Source of the DNA: Candidatus Binatia bacterium
GTDB taxonomy: Bacteria > Desulfobacterota > Binatia > HRBIN30
DNA: 64,000 bases
Direction: 5' to 3'
Assembly: GCA_038245295.1 (NCBI GenBank)
Contig: JBBRSP010000010.1
Location: forward strand, 128,001 to 192,000
Part shown: positions 49,057 to 61,196 of the stretch, piece after piece
How the letters are laid out: each line of letters opens with the position of its first letter
Position numbering within the stretch: the stretch's first letter is position 1
Program-made: the position numbers and the translations under genes
Notes under the pieces: model-generated
Told to the model about the DNA's origin: nothing
Seen by the model: only the letters and a program-made list of their open reading frames with translations
Databases searched by the model: none

Positions 49057-49180
49057 GTCTGGGCTAGTTGGTAGGGGCGGTTCGCGAACCGCCCGGCGGC
49101 CGACGCTGCCTCCGTGCACCGACCATCACCGCTGATCCCCGCGGTTCCCAGCGTAACGAAGAGCGTGTAGGAAGGCCCGC

Positions 49181-49633
49181 ATGCATTCCATCCAAGTCCT
49201 CGTCCGCCGCGTCCGCCCAACGGACGACCCACTCCCACTGCCGCGCTACATGACCCCCGGCGCCGCCGGCATGGATCTGTTCGCCGATATCGACACGGAT
49301 CTCGTCATCAACCAGCAGCAGAGCCTACTCGTGCCGACCGGCCTCGCCGTCGCCATCCCCGAAGGCTTCGAAGCCCAGATCCGTCCTCGTAGCGGTCTGG
49401 CGTTGAAACATGGCCTGACGATACCGAACGCCCCCGGCACCATCGACAGCGACTATCGCGGCGAGGTCCAGATCATTCTTCTCAATCTCGGCGATCAACC
49501 CTACGTCATCAAACGCGGCGAACGTATCGCCCAGATGGTCGTCGCGCCCGTGATCCAGGCCGAACTGGAGCTCGTCGAGGAGCTGCCGAGCTCCGAACGC
49601 GGCAGTGGCGGCTTTGGGCACTCCGGTACCTGA
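49181..49633 (+). CDS. dut: dUTP diphosphatase
   Basis: [32 protein letters not shown]. Confidence 0.97.
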   Translation: MHSIQVLVRRVRPTDDPLPLPRYMTPGAAGMDLFADIDTDLVINQQQSLLVPTGLAVAIPEGFEAQIRPRSGLALKHGLTIPNAPGTIDSDYRGEVQIILLNLGDQPYVIKRGERIAQMVVAPVIQAELELVEELPSSERGSGGFGHSGT

Positions 49634-49660
49634 AATCAAGCGTTGGAAAGCGTACCGCTG

Positions 49661-49692
49661 CGTTAGGGGCGGTTCGAGAACCGCCCCTAACG
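49661..49692. repeat. near-perfect palindrome (REP/terminator) after dut
   Basis: CGTTAGGGGCGGTTCGAGAACCGCCCCTAACG. Confidence 0.65.
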
Positions 49693-49851
49693 AACAGTCA
49701 CGGCCTGATCCTCCAAAGTCGTTTTGACTTGGCGCCAGCCAGGAGTAGTATCGCTGCTGTAACGCATTAGTAGCTGCACGAGCGAGATGACGTCTTCAGG
49801 CGTGTCTGCGAGCGCCACGAGGATCAATCCGCTCTTAAGGAGAATGCATCC

Positions 49852-51729
49852 ATGGCGGTTCCTCCTCCCGACTCGATTGGTGCGACGGCTCTAAAATCGA
49901 CCGAAGAACGCGAGTCCGTCGTCATTCGTTTCTGCGGCGATTCGGGCGACGGCATGCAGGTCGCGGGCATGCAGTTCACCGCCGAATCGGCCCTGGCCGG
50001 TAACGACTTCAGCACACTGCCCGACTTTCCCGCCGAGATCCGCGCTCCCACGGGCACCTTGGCCGGCGTGTCCGGATTTCAACTCAACTTCTCGAGCCGC
50101 GAAGTTTTCACCCCGGGTGACGATCTCGATGTGCTGGTCGCCATGAACCCGGCGGCGCTGAAATCGAATCTCGCCGATCTCCAGGCCGGCGGGATTTTGA
50201 TCGTCGATCAGGAACAGTTCAACGAGCAGAACCTCACGAAGGCGGGATACAAGGCGAGCCCGCTCGCAGACGCTTCGCTCGCCGCGTATCAGTTGTTTAA
50301 GGTCGACATCACCAAACTCACCGCCGCGACCTTGCGCGACAGCAATCTTCCGGCGCGTACCGTCAATCGTTGCAAGAACTTCTTCGCCTTGGGCCTGGTC
50401 TCGTGGCTATTCCACCGGCCGATTGGCTCGACCGAGCAGTGGCTTGAGCAGCGCTTCAAGAAGACCCCGGAGCTGGCGCAGGCCAACATGCGGGTGCTGC
50501 GCGCCGGCTACAATTTCGGCGACACGACGGAAATCTTCGCGCACTCCTACGAGATCAAGCCGGCTCGCATTACGCCGGGGACATATCGCAACATCACCGG
50601 CAACACGGCGCTGGCTCTGGGCCTCGTGGTCGCGGCGCGGCAAGCCGGTCGTCCGCTTTTCCTGGGCTGTTATCCAATCACGCCGGCGAGCGACGTCCTA
50701 CACGAGCTGGCGACGTTCAAGAACTTCGGTGTCTACGCGTTCCAGGCTGAAGACGAGATTGCCGGTGTCGGAGCGGCGCTCGGGGCGGCCTTCGGCGGGG
50801 CGATCGGCGTGACGACCACGAGCGGGCCCGGGATGTGTCTGAAAGCCGAGACGGTCAACCTTGCCATCAGTGTCGAGTTGCCGTTGGTGATCTGCGACAT
50901 CCAGCGCGGCGGGCCAAGCACCGGGTTGCCCACGAAGACCGAGCAGGCTGACTTGCTGATGGCGATGTATGGCCGCAACAGCGACTCGCCGATCCCAATC
51001 CTGGCGCCGACGACGCCGGCCGATTGTTTCGATATGGCCATCGAGGCAGTGCGCCTCGCCACCAAGTACATGACTCCGGTCATCCTGTTGTCGGACGGAT
51101 ACCTGGCCAATGGCGCCGAGCCGTGGCTAATCCCCAAGGTCGCCGATCTGCCGCCGGTGGATGTCGAGTTCCGAACCGACCCCGAAGGATTCTTCCCGTA
51201 CCTGCGCGACCCCCACACCCTGTCGCGGCCGTGGGTCATTCCGGGGACGCCGAACATGGAGCATCGCATCGGCGGTCTCGAGAAGGAGCACATCACCGGC
51301 AACGTCAGCTACGCGCCGGCCAATCACGAGCAAATGGTACGCGTGCGCGCCAGCAAGATCGCCGGCATTGCCGCCGACATCCCGCCGACGGAAGTGCACG
51401 GGCCGCCCGACGGTGATCTCGTCGTCGTCGGTTGGGGCAGCACCTACGGGTCGATCGCCGCGGCCGTTCTCGACGCGCAACGGCGCGGCCAATCGGTGGC
51501 CCACGTCCACCTGCGCCATCTCAACCCGCTGCCGCGCGACCTCGGCGATATTTTGAAGAGCTTCAAGCAGGTGCTCGTGCCCGAGATGAACATGGGGCAG
51601 CTCATCAAAATCCTACGCGCCGAGTATCTCGTCGACGCGGTTGGCATCAACAAGATCCAGGGCCTGCCGTTCAAGGTCTCGGAGCTCACACAACGCATCA
51701 ATCGCATGTTGCGCATGTTGGAGGCGTAA
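49852..51729 (+). CDS. korA: 2-oxoacid:ferredoxin oxidoreductase alpha subunit
   Basis: GDSGDG, PAEIRA, YPITPAS, QAEDEI, QRGGPSTGLPT. Confidence 0.93.
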   Translation: MAVPPPDSIGATALKSTEERESVVIRFCGDSGDGMQVAGMQFTAESALAGNDFSTLPDFPAEIRAPTGTLAGVSGFQLNFSSREVFTPGDDLDVLVAMNPAALKSNLADLQAGGILIVDQEQFNEQNLTKAGYKASPLADASLAAYQLFKVDITKLTAATLRDSNLPARTVNRCKNFFALGLVSWLFHRPIGSTEQWLEQRFKKTPELAQANMRVLRAGYNFGDTTEIFAHSYEIKPARITPGTYRNITGNTALALGLVVAARQAGRPLFLGCYPITPASDVLHELATFKNFGVYAFQAEDEIAGVGAALGAAFGGAIGVTTTSGPGMCLKAETVNLAISVELPLVICDIQRGGPSTGLPTKTEQADLLMAMYGRNSDSPIPILAPTTPADCFDMAIEAVRLATKYMTPVILLSDGYLANGAEPWLIPKVADLPPVDVEFRTDPEGFFPYLRDPHTLSRPWVIPGTPNMEHRIGGLEKEHITGNVSYAPANHEQMVRVRASKIAGIAADIPPTEVHGPPDGDLVVVGWGSTYGSIAAAVLDAQRRGQSVAHVHLRHLNPLPRDLGDILKSFKQVLVPEMNMGQLIKILRAEYLVDAVGINKIQGLPFKVSELTQRINRMLRMLEA

Positions 51730-51733
51730 ACCT

Positions 51734-52747
51734 ATGTCGACCGCTGTTGCGACGAACAAACTGACACGTAAGGACTTCATTACCGATCAAGACGTCCGCT
51801 GGTGCCCCGGCTGTGGTGATTATGCGATTCTGGCGCAGGTGCAGAAGGTCATGCCGGAGCTCGGTGTGGCGCGCGAGAACATCGTCTTCATCTCCGGCAT
51901 CGGCTGCTCGAGCCGGTTTCCATATTACATGAACACGTACGGCTTCCACAGCATCCACGGCCGCGCTCCGGCGATCGCCAGCGGTCTAAAGATCACGCGT
52001 CCGGAGCTGTCGATCTGGGTGGTAACCGGTGACGGCGACGGCTTGTCGATTGGCGGCAACCATCTAATCCACCTGCTGCGGCGCAACATCGACGTCAACG
52101 TGCTGCTGTTCAACAACCGCATCTATGGGCTCACCAAGGGGCAATATTCGCCGACCTCGGAGATGGGCAAGGTGACCAAGTCGACACCGGCCGGCTCCGC
52201 CGACTTCCCATTCAGCCCACTCACCGTCGCCCTGGGCGCTCAGGCAACGTTCATGGCACGCACCATCGATGTCGAGGCCAAGCACCTGCAGGACATGATT
52301 AAGCGCGCCTACGCCCACAAGGGCACATCGTTCGTCGAGATCCTGCAAAACTGCAACATCTTCAACGACGGCGCCTTCGCCGACCTGAGCGATCGCGACA
52401 GCAAGGCCGATCACCAGCTTGTCCTCGAACATGGTAAGCCGATGATCTTCGGCAAAGATCGCAACAAAGGCATCCGCCTGCGCGACCAGAAGCTCGAGGT
52501 TGTGACGATCGGCGAGACGATCAGTGAAGGCGATCTTTTGGTGCACGACGAACAAAACGCCATGCTCGCCTTCCTGCTGGCGCACATGGGCCCGCCACAG
52601 TTTCCGACTCCGATCGGTGTCCTGCGTGCCGTCGAGCGTCAGCTCTATGAGGAGATTGTCGCCGAGCAGATCAACAAGGCGCAGCAGCGCGGCATCGGTG
52701 ACCTCGATGAGCTGCTGCACCGTGGCGACACCTGGGTTGTCCGCTGA
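51734..52747 (+). CDS. korB: 2-oxoacid:ferredoxin oxidoreductase beta subunit
   Basis: WCPGCGD, GIGCSSR, GDGDG, YGLTKGQYSPT. Confidence 0.93.
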   Translation: MSTAVATNKLTRKDFITDQDVRWCPGCGDYAILAQVQKVMPELGVARENIVFISGIGCSSRFPYYMNTYGFHSIHGRAPAIASGLKITRPELSIWVVTGDGDGLSIGGNHLIHLLRRNIDVNVLLFNNRIYGLTKGQYSPTSEMGKVTKSTPAGSADFPFSPLTVALGAQATFMARTIDVEAKHLQDMIKRAYAHKGTSFVEILQNCNIFNDGAFADLSDRDSKADHQLVLEHGKPMIFGKDRNKGIRLRDQKLEVVTIGETISEGDLLVHDEQNAMLAFLLAHMGPPQFPTPIGVLRAVERQLYEEIVAEQINKAQQRGIGDLDELLHRGDTWVVR

Positions 52748-52766
52748 AGCGATGCCGCTCCGAAGG

Positions 52767-53394
52767 TTCACCACGAAGAGCGCGAAGGGCACGACGCGGG
52801 CTTTTTGCCCGCAACCCAACCCCACACCCCGCAGAGCGAATTCAACAGGATAAACAGGATAAACAGGATGGAACGGGGAAGACATTCTTGTCGTGTTAAT
52901 CCTGTACATCCTGTCCATCCTGTTGAAATGCGCGTCCTGCCACAAAATCGGACGTAAGTAATACGACAATCGCTGCCCGGAACATTCATCTCGCCGGAAC
53001 TTTTGACGCGGAGGCGCGGAGCCACGGAAGGGACGATTACCCCGCAGAAAAGCGCGAGTTCATGGTCGGATTCCGCGCTCTCGTTCCGCGCCTCCGCGTG
53101 AGAGAGTCCCTTGGTTTCACCGCGGCGCTGTAGTGCTCTCCGTCGCGATTCCTTATGCTCCGCTTCGTATCACCGTCGTTCGAAATCATCGCGGCGCGCG
53201 ACGATCTGGCGAGCTTGAAAGCAGCGTGCGGTTCCTTGCCACGGATGAACACAGATGCAGGCCCGTCGGGCCTGTGATGCTGGCGATGTCTGTTTACAAG
53301 CCATCTGTGTTCATCCCATTCATCTGTGGCAATAGGCCTGCGTTGGGTTGCGGGCGAAGCCCGCGTCGTGACCTTCGTGAGCCCTCGTGGTGAA
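52767..53394. repeat. nested inverted-repeat element (about 53-bp outer IRs enclosing three hairpin pairs)
   Basis: 52767-52820 is complementary to 53342-53394; inner pairs at ~52843-52924, ~53006-53099 and ~53238-53330. Confidence 0.75.
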
Positions 53395-53470
53395 GATCTG
53401 CGTCTGATCGAGGCGATCAAGGCATCTGTCTGAAGAAGGGCGCGGGGGCGGAACCACCGGTTGAAAGAGC

Positions 53471-53836
53471 CTAGGGGCGAAGTATTCCGGCAAGGGTCTC
53501 ACCGAACCACGAAGCAGCCTCGTAGCCTGCCACGACAGCCCCGGTCTCAACGATCGCGACGAGGCCCGCGCACCACCCGCGCGATCGGAAAAAGTAGTAG
53601 GGCAGGCCGATGATCGCCAGGCCAACGGTCAGCGTGCGCAGACCGAAGCCTACCTCGTAGTTGTGCTCGGCGCTGTCGAGCGACAGCCACTGCAGCAACA
53701 GCACGATGGCAATGGCGATGGTGGCCCATTCGCCCGGGCCGACCGGGTCGATCTCGCCGGTGGCAAGTCGTTCGATGAAGGACACCAGGAAGCCGGAGAT
53801 CAGGAACAGGGCTACGACGTTGCGCTTTTTCTGCAT
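53471..53836 (-). CDS. hypothetical membrane protein
   Basis: Three to four hydrophobic helices; RBS GAGGAG. Confidence 0.7.
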   Translation of the reverse strand: MQKKRNVVALFLISGFLVSFIERLATGEIDPVGPGEWATIAIAIVLLLQWLSLDSAEHNYEVGFGLRTLTVGLAIIGLPYYFFRSRGWCAGLVAIVETGAVVAGYEAASWFGETLAGILRP

Positions 53837-53882
53837 CGGTCTCCTCGCGGCTATACTCGAAGGTAATCCGGCGATGCCAGCT

Positions 53883-53954
53883 CCGCAGGCTGAAGCCTGC
53901 GCCTACCCCGCTCCGGCGAAGCGCCGGTCGGTGGGCGCAGGCTTCAGCCTGCGG
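53883..53954. repeat. GTAG-type REP doublet
   Basis: CCGCAGGCTGAAGCCTGCGCCTACC...GGTGGGCGCAGGCTTCAGCCTGCGG. Confidence 0.85.
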
Positions 53955-54081
53955 CGTGTGTCGCCGCGACCTTGAGAGCAAGCCGCCCGACCCTCAACCG
54001 CCCAACCCAGCCGGGTGACAAGACCAAGCGAACCGGCTAGGGAGTTGTGCGAGTGGCGCGCTCGCTGCTCGGAGCCAAACG

Positions 54082-54792
54082 ATGGAAAAACGCGAGTTGC
54101 TCTACGAGGGGAAGGCGAAACGGGTGTTCTCGACGGACGACCCGAATCTCGTCATCCAGTATTTCAAAGACGACGCTACCGCGTTCAACGCCAAGAAGCG
54201 CGGCACCATCGAGTCCAAAGGTATTTTGAACAATCAGATCAGCTCGACGTTCTTCCGCCTGCTTGGCGAGAAGGGGGTGCCGACGCATTTCGTCAGCCAT
54301 CTCAACGACCGTGAGATGCTGGTCAAGAAGCTCGAAATCGTCCCTGTCGAGACCGTCGTCCGCAATATTGCCGCCGGCAGCCTGGCCAAACGCCTCGGGA
54401 TCGAGGAAGGCAAGACGCTGCCGGGACCGATCGTCGAGTATTACTACAAGAGCGACGCCCTCGACGACCCGATGATCAACAACTTCCACATCACCGTATT
54501 GGGCATGGCCACTGCCGAGGAACTGCAGCGCCTCACCGAGATGTCGCTGCAGATCAACTCGATCTTGCAGCCGTTCCTCGATGCGCGCGGGCTGTTGTTG
54601 GTCGATTTCAAGCTCGAGTTCGGCCGCCACAAGGGGCAACTGCTGCTGGGCGACGAAATTTGCCCGGATACCTGCCGTTTCTGGGACAAGGCGACGCGCA
54701 AGAAGCTCGATAAGGATCGTTTCCGCCAGGATCTCGGTGAGATCGAAGAAGCGTATCAGGAAGTTCACCGGCGCATCTGCGCCGCGGCGTGA
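54082..54792 (+). CDS. purC: SAICAR synthetase
   Basis: LYEGKAK, DFKLEFG, DEICPDTCRFWD, DKDRFR. Confidence 0.97.
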   Translation: MEKRELLYEGKAKRVFSTDDPNLVIQYFKDDATAFNAKKRGTIESKGILNNQISSTFFRLLGEKGVPTHFVSHLNDREMLVKKLEIVPVETVVRNIAAGSLAKRLGIEEGKTLPGPIVEYYYKSDALDDPMINNFHITVLGMATAEELQRLTEMSLQINSILQPFLDARGLLLVDFKLEFGRHKGQLLLGDEICPDTCRFWDKATRKKLDKDRFRQDLGEIEEAYQEVHRRICAAA

Positions 54793-54804
54793 GGAGGCAG
54801 AGGG

Positions 54805-55047
54805 ATGCGGGCGCGTGTCTTCATTACCCCGAAACAGGGGGTTCTCGATCCACAAGGCAAGGCCGTCGAGCATTCGCTCCACTCGCTCGGCTTCAAAGAC
54901 GTACACGATGTTCGCATCGGCAAGTACGTCGAGCTGGTGCTCGAAGCCACCGATCGTCAGGGCGCCGAACAACAAACCGACGAAATGTGCCGCAAGCTAC
55001 TCGCCAACGGCGTCATCGAGGATTATCGCTTCGAGCTGACTGAGTAG
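54805..55047 (+). CDS. purS: FGAM synthase subunit PurS
   Basis: VLDPQGKAV, VRIGK, LLANGVIEDY. Confidence 0.96.
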   Translation: MRARVFITPKQGVLDPQGKAVEHSLHSLGFKDVHDVRIGKYVELVLEATDRQGAEQQTDEMCRKLLANGVIEDYRFELTE

Positions 55048-55101
55048 AAGACGCGCGCGGCGATGTCGTGCGACGCTGCAATTCAAGCATGAGGTGAAGC
55101 G

Positions 55102-55842
55102 ATGCGCTGGGGAGTGGTAACCTTTCCGGGTTCCAACGACGATCACGATACTCAATACCTGCTCGACCACGTGCTCGGGCAGGATGTGGTGGCGCTGTGG
55201 CACAAAGACCGCGAGCTCCAGGGCGCCGACTGCGTCATTCTGCCGGGCGGCTTTTCCTACGGCGACTATCTGCGCTGCGGTGCCGTGGCGCGCTTTTCGC
55301 CGATCATGGAGCCGATCATTGAGCACGCCCGCGCCGGCGGCTTCGTGTGGGGAATCTGCAATGGCTTCCAGATCCTCTGTGAGTCCGGCCTGCTACCCGG
55401 CGCGCTGCTGCGCAATCGCGATCTACGCTTTATCTGCCGGCCGCAACGGCTACGCGTCGAAGAAACCGGCACCCCGTTCAGTAATCAGTGCCGCTCAGGT
55501 GAAATCCTTACACTGCCGATCAAGCACGGCGACGGCTTCTACATCGCCGATCCCGTGACCCTGGAGCAGATCGAGAGCAACCGCCAAGTTGTCCTGCGTT
55601 ACGTCGATGCCAGCGGGCGTGTCACCGCCGATGGCAATCCGAACGGCTCCATCAACAATATCGCCGGGATCACCAACGCGCGCCGCAATGTCTTCGGCCT
55701 CATGCCGCATCCCGAACATGCCGGCGAGAAGGGCCTAGGCGGCGAAGATGGTCTGAAGTTGTTCCGTTCCGTGATGACAGCGCACGCCGAAGGCGCCCTC
55801 GGCTCGGCCGGCGCGCCCACCGCCGTGGCTTCGGGGTTGTGA
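55102..55842 (+). CDS. purQ: FGAM synthase subunit PurQ
   Basis: [28 protein letters not shown]. Confidence 0.97.
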   Translation: MRWGVVTFPGSNDDHDTQYLLDHVLGQDVVALWHKDRELQGADCVILPGGFSYGDYLRCGAVARFSPIMEPIIEHARAGGFVWGICNGFQILCESGLLPGALLRNRDLRFICRPQRLRVEETGTPFSNQCRSGEILTLPIKHGDGFYIADPVTLEQIESNRQVVLRYVDASGRVTADGNPNGSINNIAGITNARRNVFGLMPHPEHAGEKGLGGEDGLKLFRSVMTAHAEGALGSAGAPTAVASGL

Positions 55843-55846
55843 TCGC

Positions 55847-58096
55847 ATGAGCAAGCAGACGGACCCGGTCAGCGAACGCGACGCCATTGATCACGGCCTG
55901 ACAACCGACGAGTTCGCGCACATCTGCAAAGTTCTCGGGCGCAATCCCAACATGGTCGAGCTCGGGGTCTTGTCGGTGATGTGGTCCGAGCACTGCAGCT
56001 ACAAGAGCTCGCGCCGCCATCTGAAGCGCCTACCGACCAAAGGTCCGCGCGTCCTTCAGGGCCCCGGTGAAAACGCCGGGGTTATCGACATCGGCGACGG
56101 CCTGGCGGTCGTCTTCAAGATGGAAAGCCACAATCATCCGTCGTTCGTCGAGCCCTACCAGGGCGCGGCCACGGGTGTCGGCGGCATCCTGCGCGACGTT
56201 TTCACCATGGGCGCTCGCCCCATCGCCAATCTCAATTCCCTGCGCTTTGGTAGCTTCGACAACGCCCGCACCCGTTTCCTCATTAATGGTGTCGTGCGCG
56301 GTGTCGGCGGCTACGGCAACTGTATCGGCGTGCCGACCGTCGGCGGCGAGGTCTACTTCGACGCCGGTTACAACGGCAACAACCTGGTGAACGCCTTCAC
56401 GCTCGGTATCGTACGCACCGACCGCATCTTCCTCGCCAAGGCGGCCGGCATCGGCAACCCGGTGATGTACGTCGGGTCGAAGACCGGTCGCGACGGTATC
56501 CACGGCGCCAGCTTGCTCGCATCCGCCGAATTCAGCGGCGAAGCGGAAGTGAAACGACCGACCGTCCAGGTCGGCGATCCGTTCACCGAAAAACTCCTGC
56601 TCGAAGCCTGCCTGGAGCTGATGCAGCTCGACGCGATCGTTGCCATCCAGGACATGGGTGCCGCCGGGCTCACCAGCTCGAGTGTCGAGATGGCCGGCCG
56701 CGGCGGCATGGGCATCGATCTGGATCTCGACAAGATCCCCGTGCGCGAAGTCGGTATGACGCCCTACGAGATGCTGCTCTCCGAATCGCAGGAGCGTATG
56801 CTGATTGTCGCCCACCGCGGCAAGGAAGATATCGTCGAACGCGTCTTCTCGAAGTGGGATCTCGATGCGGTGGTGGTCGGTACCGTCACCGACGACGGCC
56901 TGTTCCGCGCCCGATTCCATGGTGAAGAAGTCGCCTGTATTCCGATCCCGCTGGTGACCGACGAGGCGCCGGCCTACGATCGCCCGCTCGAAGCGCCGGC
57001 GGACAATCAAGCCAATCCGCTTCTGGCGTTGGACCAGCTGCCGCTGCCGGGCGACTACAACCAGGTCCTGCTGAAGCTCCTCGATTCGCCGAACATTGCG
57101 TCGAAAGAGTGGGTCTACCGCCAATACGACTACCTCGTCCGCAGTAACAGCATCGTTGTGCCGGGTTCGGACGCCGCCGTCCTGCGCGTCAAGGGAACGC
57201 AGAAAGGCGTTGCCCTGAGCGTTGATTGCAATAGCCGCTATTGCCAGCTCGATCCTTATGTCGGTGCGATGATCGCGGTCGTCGAGAGCGCCCGTAATGT
57301 CGTGTGCTCCGGTGCCGAGCCGATCGGCCTTACGGATTGCCTCAACTTCGGCAACCCGGAGAAGCCGGCGATCATGTGGCATTTCTCCGAGGCCATCAAC
57401 GGCATCCGCGACGCCTGCAACGTGCTTGGTGTGCCGGTCGTCAGCGGCAACGTCAGCTTCTACAACGAGACCGAAGGGCGTCCGATCCCGCCGACGCCCA
57501 CCGTGGCGATGGTCGGCCTGCTCGAAAACATCGACCACCACATGACCCAGTGGTTCCGTAACGAAGGCGATATCATCGTCATGCTCGGGCGCACGCGCGA
57601 AGAGCTCGGTGGCAGCGAGTACCTGGCGTTGCAGCACAAGAAGGTTACCGGCGCCCCACCCTGGATTGATCTCGCCTTCGAGAAGCAGGTGCAGCAGGTC
57701 TGCCTCGGCGCCATCCGCGAGGGCCTGGTGCAATCGGCCCACGATACCAGTGAAGGTGGCCTGGCCGTCGCCCTGGCCGAATGCTGCATCAGCGGGCCCG
57801 GGCCGGTGATGGGCGCGGCGATCGAGCTCGAAGGATCGATTCGACCCGACGCCCTGCTGTTCGGCGAGAGCCAATCACGCATCATTCTGTCCATGCGGCG
57901 TCGCCATCTGGCGCGCCTGAAGGAGTTGGCCGGTACGGATGTTCCGGTTCATGTGCTCGGTGAAGTGCGCGGCCGCCGCCTCGTCATTGCGCCCTTGATC
58001 GATGCCGACTGCGAGCAACTGCGACGGGTGTGGACAACCGCCCTGCCGCGTCGCATGGAGAGCGAGGCCGGCGAGGTGCTCGCGGCGCCGGCTTGA
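55847..58096 (+). CDS. purL: FGAM synthase subunit PurL
   Basis: [32 protein letters not shown]. Confidence 0.97.
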   Translation: MSKQTDPVSERDAIDHGLTTDEFAHICKVLGRNPNMVELGVLSVMWSEHCSYKSSRRHLKRLPTKGPRVLQGPGENAGVIDIGDGLAVVFKMESHNHPSFVEPYQGAATGVGGILRDVFTMGARPIANLNSLRFGSFDNARTRFLINGVVRGVGGYGNCIGVPTVGGEVYFDAGYNGNNLVNAFTLGIVRTDRIFLAKAAGIGNPVMYVGSKTGRDGIHGASLLASAEFSGEAEVKRPTVQVGDPFTEKLLLEACLELMQLDAIVAIQDMGAAGLTSSSVEMAGRGGMGIDLDLDKIPVREVGMTPYEMLLSESQERMLIVAHRGKEDIVERVFSKWDLDAVVVGTVTDDGLFRARFHGEEVACIPIPLVTDEAPAYDRPLEAPADNQANPLLALDQLPLPGDYNQVLLKLLDSPNIASKEWVYRQYDYLVRSNSIVVPGSDAAVLRVKGTQKGVALSVDCNSRYCQLDPYVGAMIAVVESARNVVCSGAEPIGLTDCLNFGNPEKPAIMWHFSEAINGIRDACNVLGVPVVSGNVSFYNETEGRPIPPTPTVAMVGLLENIDHHMTQWFRNEGDIIVMLGRTREELGGSEYLALQHKKVTGAPPWIDLAFEKQVQQVCLGAIREGLVQSAHDTSEGGLAVALAECCISGPGPVMGAAIELEGSIRPDALLFGESQSRIILSMRRRHLARLKELAGTDVPVHVLGEVRGRRLVIAPLIDADCEQLRRVWTTALPRRMESEAGEVLAAPA

Positions 58097-58168
58097 GGGG
58101 GCACTTTCCCTCGTCACTTGAATCACGGTAAAGAAGACCTAACTACTCAAACTCGTCACAAGGAGCGG

Positions 58169-59578
58169 ATGGATCGTTTTCGCGAAGAGTGCGCGGTGGT
58201 GGGAGTGTTCGGGCATCCCGAGGCGTCGAACCTCGTCTACCTGAGCCTGTACGCCATGCAGCATCGTGGGCAGGAAGGCTCCGGAATGGTGTCGGCCGAT
58301 GCCGGCATGCTGTTATCGCACCGTGGCCTCGGCCTTGTGGCTGAGGTCTTCAACGAGGACATCATCCGTCGCCTCAGCGGTACCGCGGCCATCGGCCACA
58401 ACCGCTACTCGACCGCCGGACAGACCCTGCTCAAGAATACCCAGCCGTTTGTCGTCGAATATGGGCGCGGCGGTCTCGCCGTGGCGCACAATGGCAATCT
58501 GGTCAACGCCATCGAATTGCGCGAGCGCCTCGAGGCGAGCGGCTCGATTTTCCAGTCGAACGTCGATACCGAAGTCATCGTTCACCTGATCGCCACCGCC
58601 AAAGGCGAACGCATCGTCGATCGTGTATCTGCCGCCCTGGCCGCCGTGCGCGGCGCCTACTCGCTGGTCTTCCTGACGCCACGCGAGCTGATTGCGGCGC
58701 GTGACCCGCATGGGTTTCGTCCGTTGGTTCTGGGACGCATCAAGGAAGCCTACGTTGTGGCCTCCGAGACCTGCGCGTTCGACTTGATGGACGCCGAGTA
58801 CGTGCGTGAAGTCGAGCCCGGCGAAGTCATCCGAATCTCCGACGACGGCCTGGAGAGTTTCTTCCCCTTCGGCCCGGCGCCGCGCGCCGCGTGTATTTTC
58901 GAGTACATTTACTTCTCTCGCCCCGACAGCAAAGTGTACGGGCGCAGCGTCTACAACGTACGCAAGGAGCTCGGCCGGCAACTGGCGCGCGAGGCGCCCG
59001 TGGAAGCCGATATCGTGATCCCGGTGCCGGATTCCGGTGTTCCGGCCGCCCTTGGTTATGCCGAGGAAGCGCAAGTACCGTTCGAGATGGGCCTGATTCG
59101 CAATCACTACGTCGGCCGCACGTTCATCGAGCCGCAAGATCACATTCGCCACTTCGGCGTGAAGGTGAAGCTCAATGCGCAGGCGGACGTGTTACGCGGC
59201 AAACGAGTCGTCGTGGTCGACGACTCGATTGTCCGCGGCACGACGAGCAAGAAAATCGTCCAGATGCTGCGGCACGCCGGCGCTGCCGAAGTCCACATGC
59301 GGATCAGCTCGCCGCCCACCATTGCTTCGTGTTTCTACGGTGTTGATACGCCGACAACCAAGGAGTTGATTGCCTCGACCTCGAGCGTCGAGCAGATTCG
59401 CCAGTTCATCACCGCCGACAGCCTTGCCTACTTGAGCGCCGAGGGCATCTTCGCCTTCCGTGAAGACAAGGCGAGCAACGGTTTTTGCGCTGCCTGTTTC
59501 ACCGGCAAGTATCCTGTCCCCGTCACCGACGTGGGTCGCAAGAATCAGCTGGTGCTGTTCGAAGTGGGCGACCGCTAG
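58169..59578 (+). CDS. purF: amidophosphoribosyltransferase
   Basis: [35 protein letters not shown]. Confidence 0.97.
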   Translation: MDRFREECAVVGVFGHPEASNLVYLSLYAMQHRGQEGSGMVSADAGMLLSHRGLGLVAEVFNEDIIRRLSGTAAIGHNRYSTAGQTLLKNTQPFVVEYGRGGLAVAHNGNLVNAIELRERLEASGSIFQSNVDTEVIVHLIATAKGERIVDRVSAALAAVRGAYSLVFLTPRELIAARDPHGFRPLVLGRIKEAYVVASETCAFDLMDAEYVREVEPGEVIRISDDGLESFFPFGPAPRAACIFEYIYFSRPDSKVYGRSVYNVRKELGRQLAREAPVEADIVIPVPDSGVPAALGYAEEAQVPFEMGLIRNHYVGRTFIEPQDHIRHFGVKVKLNAQADVLRGKRVVVVDDSIVRGTTSKKIVQMLRHAGAAEVHMRISSPPTIASCFYGVDTPTTKELIASTSSVEQIRQFITADSLAYLSAEGIFAFREDKASNGFCAACFTGKYPVPVTDVGRKNQLVLFEVGDR

Positions 59579-59598
59579 GCGGGGCACGTGCGGCGCGT

Positions 59599-60093
59599 AT
59601 GAAGTGTCCGTTCTGTTACGACCTCGATAACCGCGTCATCGATTCGCGGCTCACGAAAGAGGGCTTCACGATCCGCCGGCGCCGCGTGTGCGAACACTGC
59701 GACCGCCGCTTCACGACCTACGAACGCGTCGAGGAAGTCCTGCCGATGATCGTCAAGAAAGACGGTCGCCGCGAGGTATTTGATCGCCAGAAGGTCGTCG
59801 CCGGTTTGAAGAAGGCATGCGAGAAACGGCCTGTCAGCACGACACAGATCGATCACACCACCGACCGCATCGAGCAATCGTTGCAAGAGCGCGGCGAGAA
59901 AGAAGTTGCCAGCTCGATTGTCGGTGAGGCCATCATGCGCGAGCTGCACAAGCTCGATCAGGTGGCGTACGTACGCTTCGCCTCGGTGTATCGCGAGTTC
60001 AAGGACGTCAACGAGTTTATGCAAGAGCTCCAGGGCCTGATGCGCGAACGCCGCGGCACCGCCCGGCCGAAGAAAGCAAAGCGTCCAAAGTAG
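59599..60093 (+). CDS. nrdR: transcriptional repressor NrdR
   Basis: [33 protein letters not shown]. Confidence 0.97.
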   Translation: MKCPFCYDLDNRVIDSRLTKEGFTIRRRRVCEHCDRRFTTYERVEEVLPMIVKKDGRREVFDRQKVVAGLKKACEKRPVSTTQIDHTTDRIEQSLQERGEKEVASSIVGEAIMRELHKLDQVAYVRFASVYREFKDVNEFMQELQGLMRERRGTARPKKAKRPK

Positions 60094-60098
60094 CCGCC

Positions 60099-61196
60099 GT
60101 GGGCGATCCGAGCGACAAGCGCTTCATGCGCATGGCGATCCGTCTGGCCCGGCGCGGACTGGGACGGACACGTCCGAACCCGCCCGTCGGCGCCGTCGTT
60201 GTGCTGGATGGAACGGTCGTCGGACGCGGGTATCATCGCAAGGCCGGAACGGCGCACGGCGAAGCGGCAGCGCTCGTGGCGGCTGGCGACAAGGCGCGCG
60301 GCGCGACATTGTATGTCACTCTCGAGCCATGTGCCCATCATGGGCGCACGCCGCCATGTACGGAGGCTGTCCTGGCTGCCGGCATTCGTCGTGTTGTCAT
60401 CGGCACACGCGATCCAAATCCGAAAGTCGTGGGACAGGGCATCGAGCGTCTGCGCGAGGCGGGGCTCGACGTCGCGTATGGCATCGAGCAGCGGGCCTGT
60501 GACGCCCTGATTGCCGGCTTTCGCCGCCATGCGTCGACCGGCTTGCCGTTTCTTACGTTGAAGCTGGCGACCTCGTTGGACGGTCGCATCGCGACCGTTG
60601 GGGGTGAATCGAAATGGATCACCAACGCGCGTTCGCGCCGTCATGCGCATCGCTTGCGCAACGAACACGATGCGATTCTGGTTGGCGCGGAGACCGTGCG
60701 CCGTGATGATCCCGAGCTGACGTGCCGCTTGCGCGGTGGGCGCAACCCGCTGCGGGTGATCCTTGACGGACGTTTACGAATTCCCCTCACCGCCAAGGTG
60801 CTCGATGTCTCACTGGCGCCGACGCTGGTGATCGCCGCCGCCAGTGCGCCGGCGCGGCGCGTCGCTGCCTTGCGGGAACGTGGCGTCGAAGTCGTTTGTC
60901 TGGCGGGGACCCGCGGGGTCATTCCGTTCAAACGTGTGCTGCAGGAGTTGGGGCGTCGCGACATCACCTCGGTCCTTGTCGAAGGTGGTGCGGCTGTGGC
61001 TGCTTCGGCGTTGCAGGCGCGTGCCGTCGATCAACTTCTGATGTTCATGGCGCCAATCCTCATCGGCGGCGACGGCAAGGGCGTGCTTGGTCCGCTCGGG
61101 GTGCGCCGCTTGCGACAAGTCGTGCGCCTCGGCACCCTGCGGGTGAAGCGGTTTGCCGAAGACCTGCTGATTGCTACGGAGGTGTCACGAACATGA
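60099..61196 (+). CDS. ribD: riboflavin biosynthesis deaminase/reductase
   Basis: [33 protein letters not shown]. Confidence 0.95.
   Translation: MGDPSDKRFMRMAIRLARRGLGRTRPNPPVGAVVVLDGTVVGRGYHRKAGTAHGEAAALVAAGDKARGATLYVTLEPCAHHGRTPPCTEAVLAAGIRRVVIGTRDPNPKVVGQGIERLREAGLDVAYGIEQRACDALIAGFRRHASTGLPFLTLKLATSLDGRIATVGGESKWITNARSRRHAHRLRNEHDAILVGAETVRRDDPELTCRLRGGRNPLRVILDGRLRIPLTAKVLDVSLAPTLVIAAASAPARRVAALRERGVEVVCLAGTRGVIPFKRVLQELGRRDITSVLVEGGAAVAASALQARAVDQLLMFMAPILIGGDGKGVLGPLGVRRLRQVVRLGTLRVKRFAEDLLIATEVSRT

Noticed and set aside
45552..59587. Long antisense ORFs (e.g. 56030..57874, 45552..46568, 48103..49119)
   Set aside because: Shadows of high-GC housekeeping genes on the opposite strand
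59578..60099. FMN riboswitch ahead of the rib genes
   Set aside because: No intergenic space; purF, nrdR and ribD are contiguous
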